A stretch of 30,957 bases of DNA from Acidobacteriaceae bacterium (GCA_019239585.1 JAFAZU010000112.1:1-30957); one strand, 5' to 3'. Positions 1 through 9,328 are shown, counted from the first letter of the stretch. The notes: generated by a model from the letters alone, not told the origin. A program made the numbers and translations.

Positions 1-77
1 TTAGTGCAATTAACCCTTGTAGGATATTCCGGTCCATGTTACCTTTCTTGTCGGAGGTACTTCCGAAAAACTCTCGT

Positions 78-737
78 ATGAAATTAAAACTTCTCTCTTC
101 TTTAGCTCTCGCATTGCCCCTGGCAATGTTCGGGCAAGTGAGCCTGGACACTGCGTACCAGGTCAACTATGCTTCCAATCTCAACATCGGTGATGCCGTC
201 ATCAACGTCAGCAACAGCGGCTTTTCGGCGGGCGGCAACCAACCGATTGTGAACGCCAACACCTATGGCGACATTTGCGCCAATATCTACGTGTATGCCC
301 CGGATCAGGAACAGGCCACCTGCTGCACCTGTCTGGTCAGCCCCAACAGCCTGCACTCGTTTGCCGTCTCCTACGGGCCGGGCAACCTGCTCACGAACGT
401 TCCCGGGGGCGGCGCGCTGGCCAGCATTCGGGCGACCAACTCGGTGGTAATTAAGTTGCTGGCGACGGCTGCCGCCGGTGCCGGGGCCACGTTAAACGAT
501 TCCTGCCCGCGTCCGGATGCCCCGCTGGGTCTGGTTACTGGGCTCGTGTCCTGGGCGACGCATGCGCACCCGACCAACACCACGCAGGCTGCGATCACCG
601 AGACCCCGTCGACTCCGTCCACACTGAGCACGGGTGAATTCTTGAAGCTGACGCAGGACTGCAACTACAACCTGACACGCGGCAGCCAGGTGCAATGCCC
701 GGGTTGCCGGGTGGGCGGTCTGGCCACAGGCCTCTAA
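78..737 (+). CDS. Uncharacterised Cys-rich secreted protein
   Basis: ORF 36..737. ATG at 78 starts a clean signal peptide (MKLKLLSSLALALPLAMFG/Q). Eight Cys, including ICANIYVY, TCCTC and CPGC. Followed by a terminator-like hairpin. Confidence 0.8.
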   Translation: MKLKLLSSLALALPLAMFGQVSLDTAYQVNYASNLNIGDAVINVSNSGFSAGGNQPIVNANTYGDICANIYVYAPDQEQATCCTCLVSPNSLHSFAVSYGPGNLLTNVPGGGALASIRATNSVVIKLLATAAAGAGATLNDSCPRPDAPLGLVTGLVSWATHAHPTNTTQAAITETPSTPSTLSTGEFLKLTQDCNYNLTRGSQVQCPGCRVGGLATGL

Positions 738-769
738 TTCAGGTAGGGAAAGTAGTACTGTAGTAGATC

Positions 770-820
770 AGAACGCGCCGGTACCAAGAGCACGAGTTGG
801 TATCCGGCGCGTTCTTGCGT
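770..820 (+). terminator. Intrinsic terminator-like hairpin
   Basis: GAACGCGCCGG-TACCAA (771-787), 9-nt loop, TTGGTA-T-CCGGCGCGTTC (797-814), one bulged T, then TTGCGTT. Starts 33 nt after the stop at 737. Confidence 0.7.
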
Positions 821-863
821 TATAGTAGGTTTATCTTTTTCGATTTACAGTAAGTTCTGTCTT

Positions 864-1928
864 ATGAATGTGAAAGGAAGTTTTCGAAAAATGCAATCAT
901 TTGTGGCCATATCACTGGCTCCGCTCTTTTTTAGCGTGCTCGCGTTTTCTGCTTCAGCAGACAACAAGACGGTCACCACGGAAACCATTATTGCCGATGT
1001 CAACGGCACGAAGATCACGTATGGCGAGTTCGAAGCGAAGAAATCTCAAAACTTGCTTCAGGCTCGCAACGCTTTTTATTCTCAGGAGCGGCAGGTTCTT
1101 GACGACTATATCAATGACTATCTTCTGAAACAGCAGGCCCAGAAGGAAGGAGTTACTGTCGAACAGTTGCTCGATCGTCATGTGAGGAGCACGTTACCCA
1201 AAGATCCAAGCGATGAGGCGCTGCAAGTTTACTACGAAGGCATCAACGCACAGGAACCGTTCGAATCGCTTCGCGGAAAGATCCTCGACCATATCCGGCA
1301 GTTGCGTTTCGATAAGGCGAAAGCAGCATACCTTCAGACGCTTCGGAGCAAGGCCAAAATTGCTGTGAGCCTACCGCCGCCGCGAGCAGAGATTGCCATG
1401 ACGAATACGCCGGTACTCGGGGACCCGAACGCCTCGGTGATGTTTGTCGAGTATGCCGATTACGAGTGCCCCGTTTGTCAGCAGACTGAGCCGACGGTGG
1501 CGAAGCTTAAGACAGAGTATAAGGGAAAAGTTGCGTTTGCATTCAAAGAAATGCCTCTGCCTATGCATCCCCATGCGGAGAAAGCCTCGGAAGCTGCCCG
1601 CTGCGCCGGTGCACAGGGTAAATACTGGGAATTCCATGACCAACTGTTTGCCAGCAAGAAGCTCACAGTTCCTGACCTAAAAGCGGATGCTCAGAAACTC
1701 AACCTGGATACGGCTGCCTTTAACCAGTGCTTAGACTCGGGATCGGAAGCCGGTGTCGTGAAAACACAGCTCACGGAAGGAGAAAATCTCGGTATCCCAG
1801 GTACACCCCACTTCTTTATCAATGGCCGTTCTATGGGCAATGCACCTTATGAGCAGTTGCGGGCTGCTATCGAGGAGGAGTTAACAGCAGCATCGGGTAA
1901 CCAGCCGAAGCAGACGGCAAGTCGGTAA
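864..1928 (+). CDS. DsbA-family thioredoxin-domain protein with N-terminal SurA/PrsA-like helical domain
   Basis: Signal peptide; IIADVNGTKIT...LLKQQAQKEG SurA-N-like segment; VEYADYECPVC (CXXC); FKEMPLPMH; GIPGTPHFFING cis-Pro loop. Confidence 0.88.
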   Translation: MNVKGSFRKMQSFVAISLAPLFFSVLAFSASADNKTVTTETIIADVNGTKITYGEFEAKKSQNLLQARNAFYSQERQVLDDYINDYLLKQQAQKEGVTVEQLLDRHVRSTLPKDPSDEALQVYYEGINAQEPFESLRGKILDHIRQLRFDKAKAAYLQTLRSKAKIAVSLPPPRAEIAMTNTPVLGDPNASVMFVEYADYECPVCQQTEPTVAKLKTEYKGKVAFAFKEMPLPMHPHAEKASEAARCAGAQGKYWEFHDQLFASKKLTVPDLKADAQKLNLDTAAFNQCLDSGSEAGVVKTQLTEGENLGIPGTPHFFINGRSMGNAPYEQLRAAIEEELTAASGNQPKQTASR

Positions 1929-1958
1929 CGCTTACAAGTTGGTTCATAAATATAATGG

Positions 1959-1992
1959 AGGGCGAAGCAAACCGCTTCGCCCTTTGTGTTTG
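1959..1992 (+). terminator. Rho-independent terminator
   Basis: AGGGCGAAGC-AAACC-GCTTCGCCCT (1959-1983, 10-bp stem) followed by TTGTGTTTG, about 30 nt after the DsbA-like stop. Confidence 0.8.
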
Positions 1993-2059
1993 TAAGCAAA
2001 GCGATCTGGATGTTAGTAACAAGGCTGTAACATGATTAGAGCGGTTGCGATTGGATATA

Positions 2060-2129
2060 AACCGGTCACTCCGTTCCCGGCTCTGAAGGAAGCGAACCCG
2101 ACACGGAGCCGGGAACGGAGTGACCGGTT
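2060..2129. repeat. Perfect 24-bp inverted repeat with 22-nt spacer
   Basis: AACCGGTCACTCCGTTCCCGGCTC (2060-2083) and its exact reverse complement GAGCCGGGAACGGAGTGACCGGTT (2106-2129). Confidence 0.95.
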
Positions 2130-2218
2130 GAAAAGGTTCCGTCACATGGGGCAATGGCGATGAGTATGCAGGCCCCAAACGCACTTCATGGCAGCCGCAC
2201 ACGGGGGCAGTAATCGAA

Positions 2219-2620
2219 TCAAGACTTGTGTTTTTTTGAACTCTTTGTCAGAGTCATGGGCCACTTGGATCCAGCTTGTGAAAAGGTGCCCACGATGCGT
2301 GAACCATCGAGTGTGCCTTCAAAAGTCGCTGTGCCGCTCAGCATTGACAGTCGTACATTTTTGCCATTCAGGCTGGCATTTATGGGCATACCGTAAATCG
2401 GAACCGCTTGCTTGGGGCTGTCAACCGTAGACCCGCCACCCACTTGGATATGAAAGACCATGGGATATTTGTCAACCACGCCTTCCCAATCTCCATCGAT
2501 TTTACTTTTAGCAAAACTCGTCGGGGAAAAAGCAATGAGCAGGAAAACAATAAGCAGATAAGGGGTAAACGTACGTACCCGACCTTGCATCTTCATAGAT
2601 AAAGTTTTGGCAGTTCTCAT
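2219..2620 (-). CDS. Small exported/membrane-anchored beta-rich hypothetical protein
   Basis: Hydrophobic signal (YLLIVFLLIAFSPTSFA), then GDWEG...FHI...VDSPKQ...FEGTLDGSRIVGTFSQAG...MTLTK. This resembles an accessory N-terminal domain of some periplasmic hydrolases (recalled, not searched). ATG abuts the wecE stop. Exact start uncertain. Confidence 0.7.
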   Translation of the reverse strand: MRTAKTLSMKMQGRVRTFTPYLLIVFLLIAFSPTSFAKSKIDGDWEGVVDKYPMVFHIQVGGGSTVDSPKQAVPIYGMPINASLNGKNVRLSMLSGTATFEGTLDGSRIVGTFSQAGSKWPMTLTKSSKKHKS

Positions 2621-3793
2621 TTATCGACCTGCGAATGCTGCGGCGCTACGCTGTAGAGCAAATTCCGATACTTCAAATTCCATTACAGCATCAATCACCC
2701 TTCTCTGGTCGCTTTCGGTTAAACCACTGTACAACGGTAATCTTAGCAACTGATCACTGACCCGCTCGGTTACAGGACAGAATGAGGGGCCAAATTGCCG
2801 CCCCATTTGCGACAAGTGAAGCGGAACGTAATGAAATACGCTAAGAATTCCGCGTTGTTTCAGGTGCTCGATTAAGGCTTGGCGCACTTCCCAATTTGGC
2901 AGAAGCAGGTAAAAAATGTGGAATGTTTGCTCACAATGCGCTGGAACAACCGGCAGGCGAACCTCATTATCGGCTGCCCACCGGCTCAGTTCTTTGAAAT
3001 AACGCTCCCAAATTACCTTCCGTTTTGCTTGGATTGTATCCCGTACTTCAAGCTGGGAATATAAGATAGCGGCAAGGATATCAGACGGAAGATAGCTGGA
3101 ACCAAGATCAACCCAGGTGTACTTGTCGACCTGCCCCCGAAAAAAGCGGCTACGATCAGTCCCTTTTTCCCTCAAGATCTCTGCCCGCTCGACGAGATTA
3201 CGATCATTAATGAGCAACGCCCCGCCCTCGCCGCAGCTAAAGTTTTTGGTCTCATGAAAGCTTTGAGTGGCCAGGCAGCCCAATGTTCCTAGCGCGCGAC
3301 CACGGTAACGGCCGAACAGGCCATGCGCGTTGTCCTCCACAACCGGAATCCTATAGCGAGCAGCTATTCTAAGAATTCTGTTCATCTCGCAAGCGACACC
3401 GGCGTAATGGACGCAGATAATCGCTTTAGTAGCCGGTGTGATCAGTGATTCCAGTAGGCGCTCGTCCAGATTCAGGGTGTCAGAACGGATATCGATAAAT
3501 ACGGGTTTGGCCCCGCGAAGGACGAACGCATTCACAGTTGACACAAACGTAAAAGAAGGAACAATGACTTCGTCGCCGGGCTGAATGTTCAGGAGTAACG
3601 CGACCATTTCAAGAGCGTGCGTACACGATGTGGTCAGCAATGCCTTGAGGGTTCCCAGTTCCTTTTCGAGAAGGTGATGGCACTTTTTTGTAAAATGGCC
3701 GTCGCCGCAGATGTGCAAACGATTAAAGGCCTCTTGAATGTACTGCATTTCGGTGCCAACTCGGCTCACGCAATTGAAAGGTATGCTGGACAT
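2621..3793 (-). CDS. wecE: dTDP-4-amino-4,6-dideoxygalactose transaminase (DegT/DnrJ/EryC1/StrS family, WecE/RffA type)
   Basis: MSSIPFN start (ATG 3793) parallels WecE MIPFN; CGDGHFTKKC, SCTHALEM, PSFTFVSTVNAFVLRGA, VHYAGVACEM, SFHETKN (PLP Lys), EKGTDRSRFFRGQVDKYTWVDLGSSYLPSD. Confidence 0.92.
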   Translation of the reverse strand: MSSIPFNCVSRVGTEMQYIQEAFNRLHICGDGHFTKKCHHLLEKELGTLKALLTTSCTHALEMVALLLNIQPGDEVIVPSFTFVSTVNAFVLRGAKPVFIDIRSDTLNLDERLLESLITPATKAIICVHYAGVACEMNRILRIAARYRIPVVEDNAHGLFGRYRGRALGTLGCLATQSFHETKNFSCGEGGALLINDRNLVERAEILREKGTDRSRFFRGQVDKYTWVDLGSSYLPSDILAAILYSQLEVRDTIQAKRKVIWERYFKELSRWAADNEVRLPVVPAHCEQTFHIFYLLLPNWEVRQALIEHLKQRGILSVFHYVPLHLSQMGRQFGPSFCPVTERVSDQLLRLPLYSGLTESDQRRVIDAVMEFEVSEFALQRSAAAFAGR

Positions 3794-4000
3794 AACGCTG
3801 TTATCAGGTGCAACGGTCCGAATCAAGCCTCCGCCGGTCATGATCGAACGCCAGTCTCTATTACTCAGCCGAATATACCGCAGTAGACAGCTATAATGCC
3901 ATCATTCAGAGTACTAGCACGAAATCTACTTTAATTAATACCAATTTATCTTAGTGATATTCCGTAAGTGTTAACAGATATCAATAAAATGTCCCAGCCG

Positions 4001-5689
4001 TCATTTGTCATTCACTGGCGATGGTTTACCGGGCATTTGCGCCAGCAGACAAACATCAGCAAAGCCGCCGTCAGTGTTTATAGGACCGCCTTGTACCAAG
4101 CGAAGCTCGGCGCCATCCGCCATTAGTTTTGGAACAACCCACTCTGAAAATTGCAAGGTTCCGAAAACGTAAAAGCGCGGATGCTCCCCGACGAACTTAT
4201 TGTAATCAACGACTTGAGTACCAAAGTAAGGGGCAGAGCCGATCATCATGCGCTCGTGGAAAGTAAAACCTAAATATTGCTTAGCCAATTCCTCGCTTGA
4301 CACGTAAAACACGCGCTTCCGGAAGGCAGAATCGCCGTAGTAATAAAATCCCATGTAGTCATCGAGGTTCGTTGCGACGATCGGCAGACCGTCAACTTGC
4401 GCCCGGCCATGAATTCGCTGCGGGATGCCGACACGCGCCGGGTTTGCACGGTCGCCCAGCAGAGTCCGATAGTCGTCGAATATGCGATCGTGTAGAACCA
4501 GAACTGCAAAAATGGCAACGAGCGCTAAAGCCGGTTCCTTTTGATCGCCAAAGGCGAGCCAAGCGCAGAATCCGAGCAGCAGGGCGAACCCAAAGATACC
4601 GCCAATTGCATAGCGGGAAAAAAAGATATGCGTGACGAACCTGGATAGGAGGGCAGCGAAGACTGGAAAGCAGGTGAAGCCCAAAACAAGAAACGCTTCC
4701 GGAATCAGCTCTAACCGTTTCGCGACCGCAGCGCGGGCAAGCTGGGCCGTAGACGACGGGCGACTGTAGATTTGCACGACAAAATATAAAACACCAAGGC
4801 AGATCAGAGGGACTAAACTAGACTGAAGAAAATCTGCAGCAAAATACCATACGGTGACCGGCAGGTTGGCTCGGGCGAAAGGCGCGTAAGGAATACCGGT
4901 ATTGGCCTTGGCGGCGCGAATCACAGGAAGATAGGCCAGCAGCACCAGAAGCGGAGCCGCTAAAGCGATCCAGACGGGGATGTCCCACTTACGCTGGCGA
5001 TAAGTACGAACAGCTTCTGCGATCCCAAACGGCACGAACAGCAGCACGGCGTAATAATGCAGATTCAGGGCGCATGTCAGAGAAAGGCAAAGCCCTGCGA
5101 GCATGAGCCCCCTCCTTCGCCGCATGACGATGGATTGCCAACATACAGCCGCTATCCCGGCGCACCCGAGCATCAGCCCGTAAGGGCGCCCCTCCGTTGC
5201 GTAATACCAGCAGCGGGTCGTCCATGGAAACAGCATCGCCGCCACCCCATACAGCCGGGAAGCGCGGCGACTTACAAACCAGTACAGACAAAGAGAAAAC
5301 AGCAGGTAACCCACGAGAGAAGGCACTCGTGTACCCAGAGCGTCATTTCCAAAGAACTGGATGCTCGACCGCATGGCGTAGTGATAGAGAGGTGGTTGAT
5401 TATCAACGCCTGCTTTGCAAATGGCCCAAATGTCAGACCTTAGAGGGACCTTTGCAATCAGCACGCCCATAATTTCGTCAAGCCATAGCGGTTTGTAATA
5501 GGCTTTGACGATACCCAGCATCCCCATCATGGCCAGTATGCTGGTCACGATCCAGGGAGCGAAATGATCCGCTTGACTCGCCAACCACTTCAGCCCGCGC
5601 TGAGCATTAGGTGGAGTTTCCAAGGTAATCTCAGTCTTCAACATTTCGTGCAGGACAGCCCTTTTCATTGTTTCTTGCTCACGTTCCAT
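4001..5689 (-). CDS. GT-C-fold polytopic membrane glycosyltransferase (GT39/GT83, PMT_2/ArnT-like)
   Basis: LWLDE acidic motif after the first TM; DNQPPLYHY; EGRPYGL; many TM helices; soluble C-terminal domain. Start could be 5689 or 5668. Confidence 0.8.
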   Translation of the reverse strand: MEREQETMKRAVLHEMLKTEITLETPPNAQRGLKWLASQADHFAPWIVTSILAMMGMLGIVKAYYKPLWLDEIMGVLIAKVPLRSDIWAICKAGVDNQPPLYHYAMRSSIQFFGNDALGTRVPSLVGYLLFSLCLYWFVSRRASRLYGVAAMLFPWTTRCWYYATEGRPYGLMLGCAGIAAVCWQSIVMRRRRGLMLAGLCLSLTCALNLHYYAVLLFVPFGIAEAVRTYRQRKWDIPVWIALAAPLLVLLAYLPVIRAAKANTGIPYAPFARANLPVTVWYFAADFLQSSLVPLICLGVLYFVVQIYSRPSSTAQLARAAVAKRLELIPEAFLVLGFTCFPVFAALLSRFVTHIFFSRYAIGGIFGFALLLGFCAWLAFGDQKEPALALVAIFAVLVLHDRIFDDYRTLLGDRANPARVGIPQRIHGRAQVDGLPIVATNLDDYMGFYYYGDSAFRKRVFYVSSEELAKQYLGFTFHERMMIGSAPYFGTQVVDYNKFVGEHPRFYVFGTLQFSEWVVPKLMADGAELRLVQGGPINTDGGFADVCLLAQMPGKPSPVNDK

Positions 5690-6023
5690 AAGAGGTAATA
5701 AGGGACGCTGCGGCCAGCGCCATAGACTCTCCGTTTTGGATTTAAATCTGATACTTTCGTAATGCAGTTTCTGCTTCCGGCTGTTTTTGCCCGCCGGAGC
5801 TTGCGGTTCTGCCCGTTAGCAGCCGTCGTGAAGGAGTAGGCGAGGCTTGCTGATTTACGTTCCTGAGTAAGTTCTCTCAGGCAAAACATAGGCTCTTGTA
5901 TTTCACGGCAGCTTCCCTCCCGCTAATTCAATGCGGACTAAAAGAGGATTCGTCCACATTGTTTTTTCCAAAGCTTGGCGCAATCTGCCTGCCAGCTCAT
6001 TGCTGAAACCAACTATCCATGGC

Positions 6024-6057
6024 GCTCCCGTACATCTCGGCCTCCGCGTACGGGAGC
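6024..6057. repeat. 10-bp perfect hairpin in divergent intergenic region
   Basis: GCTCCCGTAC (6024-6033), 14-nt loop, GTACGGGAGC (6048-6057). Confidence 0.7.
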
Positions 6058-6396
6058 AGTTGGAGGCTCTGCGCTTCCTAGAGACTACAACTTTAGCCAT
6101 TAAATGCATTAGAAGTAATAATGTGGAAAAAGTCAAGAACAAAATCTCAGTAAAATGTTTTATCCTACTTCTAACCTGCTGATAAGAGGGCACAAGGACT
6201 CGCAGGTGTTCGAGCGAGGAAGGCTTATCAAGCGGAAAAGAAGCTTTGTTACTAACAAGTTAACTTTGTACGCTAGTTAGTACTATTACTTTTAGTACTT
6301 TATTAAGCCGAACTCTCTCAATATTGTATTTAGAACTGTTTACAAGGAGTAAATGAGCGCTATGAGAGACTTCAAGTTAAACAGGAACTTCATGAG

Positions 6397-7476
6397 ATGA
6401 AGAGAAAAGCTCTGGTTACTGGTTCATGCGGGCTCATTGGTTCGGAGGTAAGCATTCACCTGGGGCAGCATGGTTTTCAGGTCAATGGGATTGACAACAA
6501 TGAACGGGCTGTTTTCTTCGGGCCTGAGGGTGATACGCGCTGGTCGCTACAACGCCTGCGCCGGGATATCAGCGACTATACGCATTACTATGTCGACATC
6601 CGGGATCGGGTCGCCATAATCCGTCTAATAGCAGACATTAAGCCGGATGTAATTGTACACACGGCTGCGCAGCCTTCACATGATCGTGCCGCAGCTATCC
6701 CGTTTGATGATTTTGATACGAATGCTGTCGGAACTCTGAATCTGCTCGAAGGAGCGCGGCAAGCTTGTCCGGAGTCGCCCTTTGTGCACATGTCCACCAA
6801 TAAAGTCTATGGCGACCTGCCGAACACCATTGCATTACAGGAACTAGACACCCGTTGGGACTACGCTGACACGAGATATGAGAACGGGATCCCGGAGACC
6901 TTCTCCATTGATCAATCCAAACATTCGCTGTTTGGCGCTTCCAAAGTAGCCGCCGATGTTATGGTTCAGGAGTACGGGCGCTACTTCAATATGCCGACCT
7001 GCTGTTTGCGCGGAGGGTGCTTAACAGGCCCGAACCACTCGGGCGTAGAGTTGCACGGCTTTTTGAGCTATTTAGTGCGTTGCAATCTCGAAGGCCGGGA
7101 GTACAAGATTTTTGGGTACAAAGGTAAGCAGGTCCGGGACAATATTCACTCAGAAGATGTGGCCCGCTTCATTCGGGCCTTTATTGAGTCGCCCCGCTGT
7201 GGAGAGGTCTACAACATTGGGGGAGGCAAAGAAAACTCCTGCTCCATTTTGGAGGCATTTCAAATTGTGGAAGAATTGACCGGCCATCCGCAGCGCTTCA
7301 CTTATATGGAAGAGAACCGGATCGGAGATCATATCTGTTACTACAGTGATCTCCGTAAGATGAAGCAGCACTTTCCGCAATGGCGCATTACCAGAACTCT
7401 GCAAGATGTTTTTGAAGAGATCGTTCGATCCTGGCGGACGCGGCTTCCCCAGCCGGCGGGCGTGCCTGCATGCTGA
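6397..7476 (+). CDS. Extended-SDR NAD-dependent nucleotide-sugar epimerase/dehydratase (CDP-paratose/tyvelose 2-epimerase-like)
   Basis: GSCGLIG Rossmann motif, [25 protein letters not shown] (YxxxK position carries Phe), [16 protein letters not shown]. Confidence 0.88.
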   Translation: MKRKALVTGSCGLIGSEVSIHLGQHGFQVNGIDNNERAVFFGPEGDTRWSLQRLRRDISDYTHYYVDIRDRVAIIRLIADIKPDVIVHTAAQPSHDRAAAIPFDDFDTNAVGTLNLLEGARQACPESPFVHMSTNKVYGDLPNTIALQELDTRWDYADTRYENGIPETFSIDQSKHSLFGASKVAADVMVQEYGRYFNMPTCCLRGGCLTGPNHSGVELHGFLSYLVRCNLEGREYKIFGYKGKQVRDNIHSEDVARFIRAFIESPRCGEVYNIGGGKENSCSILEAFQIVEELTGHPQRFTYMEENRIGDHICYYSDLRKMKQHFPQWRITRTLQDVFEEIVRSWRTRLPQPAGVPAC

Positions 7477-9317
7477 AATCTAAGATTTTGTATTGGATGC
7501 CGTTAAGCATCGTCATTGCAGTTTGCGCAATCACCATGGTTCTCTGGGCATTTATTGTGCCCGTGTACGAGTCGCCCGATGAGCTGCATCATTGGAAATA
7601 CGCCCAATACATTCATTCTCATCTCGCTCTTCCACCCTACACGACAGACTATCTGGAAGCGCCTCAGCCACCTCTTTACTACCTGCTGATCGCTCCCTTG
7701 GCTTCCTCTATGCGCCCTCCCCCCATATTGCAGCACCCGGAGTTCGAACGAATCTTTGGTTTTCACTTCGACCATCTGTTGCGTGTGCATATTGATTCGC
7801 CATGTTGGCCGCACCTATTTGCTAACTGTCCTGGTGATAGCCACCGTTATTGGCCTATTCGACGCGCCCGGCTGGTAACCATCACCTTCGGACTTATCGC
7901 TGTGGTGTTCACTGCACTAGCGGTTTTTGAAGTGACAAAGAGCAGGCCGGGAGCGGTCATGGCGGCAGCGTTAATCGGCTTTCTACCGCAGTTCGACTTC
8001 CGAAGCGCATCTGTCAACAACGATCCGGCGCTTGTCTGTTTCTCCGCCATCGCTACTTATTTCATTGTGCGCATGATCGTACGTGGCTTCGAGATAGTTC
8101 CTGCTGTTTGCGGGTCGGTTGCGATCGCTCTCGCTTTCCTTTCAAAAATTAGCGCTGCCGTACTGGTTCCGGTATTTGCCGCCGCCATTCTGCTGACAGC
8201 CCCAAACTGGCGGACTCGATTTCAGCGGTGGGCATACCTGTTTGCGATCTGCGGGTTCATTGTTCTCCCTTGGTTGATTTGGAATAAATGGGTGTATGGT
8301 GACATTCTCGCCAGCAGCAAGATCGCTCAAACCGTTCCCCTGATGGTTCACAAGAAGTCCATCACGGACCCTTACTTCCGTACCGAGTTTCTGCGAAAGC
8401 TCTCACAATCGTTCTTCGGATATTTCGGATGGTTGACTCTGAAACTGCCTCGATTCATTTATCAGGGCTATGCAATGCTCTATTTGGTTGCCTGGTGCGG
8501 GCTGCTGTTCTCCGTCCCGAAGCGAGAAAAGTTGTTATGGATCTCGCTTCTTATGGCAGCTACCGCCTTGGGAAGCCTCGCTTTCCTCGCTTACGCCAAC
8601 TTGATGTATGAGCAGCCGCAAGGCAGACTCATCTATCAATCCCTGAGTGCAATTGTGGTGCTTGTTGCTCTTGGCTTGGGCGCGATACCGCGGATTAGTA
8701 AATATGTGGCTGCCGTCGTCGTGATTGGCTTATTCTCCGTGAATATATATGCTCTGACCGAGGTTGTACACCGGGCTTACAGTGGCCCTCAACCGCTGCA
8801 AACGAGTGTCGATGTCCAGATAGATGGCGATTTAGCGGAGAGTACGCCGGAGGCTCTCCTCCCGGACCACTCTTACACGCAGAGTTTCATAGCCGAGCAT
8901 GATAATTTGACGGCAGTCGAAGTAGAAGTCATACTGCACGACGCCGTCAAAGCTGGCGGAACTAAGCAAGGCTCATTTCACTTGTCCCTTTCATCTACAA
9001 GAGAGGGTCCACCTTTGGCCAGTGTTCAAATATCAGCCGATGCAGTCGCAGGCTCCGGTAGTACATATCTTCATTTAGGATTCCTGCCCATACCGGATTC
9101 GGCACAAAAGAAATACTTTATATCGCTCACGCCGCAGGACCTCATACCAGCCGGAAGCTACATTCTCCGCCTCAGTAAAGGGGATAGCTATCCTGACGGT
9201 ACTTTCTTCGTTGACGGACGCGACACCGGGGCGGATACCGTACTCCGCACCTTTTACAACCGGCCTTGTTGGACTTGCCCTTTATCGAACACCGAGCTGG
9301 ATGGCCCACTAGAATAG
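7470..9317 (+). CDS. GT-C-fold membrane glycosyltransferase (DUF2142/GT39-like) with C-terminal soluble beta domain
   Basis: [38 protein letters not shown] motifs; many TMs; about 170-aa soluble tail. Overlaps the epimerase stop by 7 nt (ATGCTGA). Confidence 0.8.
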   Translation: MLKSKILYWMPLSIVIAVCAITMVLWAFIVPVYESPDELHHWKYAQYIHSHLALPPYTTDYLEAPQPPLYYLLIAPLASSMRPPPILQHPEFERIFGFHFDHLLRVHIDSPCWPHLFANCPGDSHRYWPIRRARLVTITFGLIAVVFTALAVFEVTKSRPGAVMAAALIGFLPQFDFRSASVNNDPALVCFSAIATYFIVRMIVRGFEIVPAVCGSVAIALAFLSKISAAVLVPVFAAAILLTAPNWRTRFQRWAYLFAICGFIVLPWLIWNKWVYGDILASSKIAQTVPLMVHKKSITDPYFRTEFLRKLSQSFFGYFGWLTLKLPRFIYQGYAMLYLVAWCGLLFSVPKREKLLWISLLMAATALGSLAFLAYANLMYEQPQGRLIYQSLSAIVVLVALGLGAIPRISKYVAAVVVIGLFSVNIYALTEVVHRAYSGPQPLQTSVDVQIDGDLAESTPEALLPDHSYTQSFIAEHDNLTAVEVEVILHDAVKAGGTKQGSFHLSLSSTREGPPLASVQISADAVAGSGSTYLHLGFLPIPDSAQKKYFISLTPQDLIPAGSYILRLSKGDSYPDGTFFVDGRDTGADTVLRTFYNRPCWTCPLSNTELDGPLE

Positions 9318-9328
9318 CTTCCTACAGA

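Noticed and set aside
2076-2100. GAAGGAAGC in the spacer of the long inverted repeat resembles SRP (4.5S) RNA helix 8
   Set aside because: The required CAGG-UCC-GNRA-GGA-AGCAG pairing is absent (CTC-TGAA-GGA cannot pair), and the perfect arms do not fit SRP structure.
2056-2133. 70-bp palindrome starting AAC and ending GTT as an integron attC site
   Set aside because: Left flank TATAAAC does not fit RYYYAAC, there are no extrahelical bases, and no integron integrase or cassette array is present.
5931-6182. 83-aa plus-strand ORF in the divergent spacer
   Set aside because: No SD, no motif and rare codons; no support as a gene.
5690-6396. JUMPstart/ops element or riboswitch upstream of the glycan genes (also checked 14317-14730)
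   Set aside because: No GGCGGTAG ops core and no c-di-GMP-I or other riboswitch consensus recognisable by eye on either strand; an Rfam scan would be needed to exclude divergent ones.
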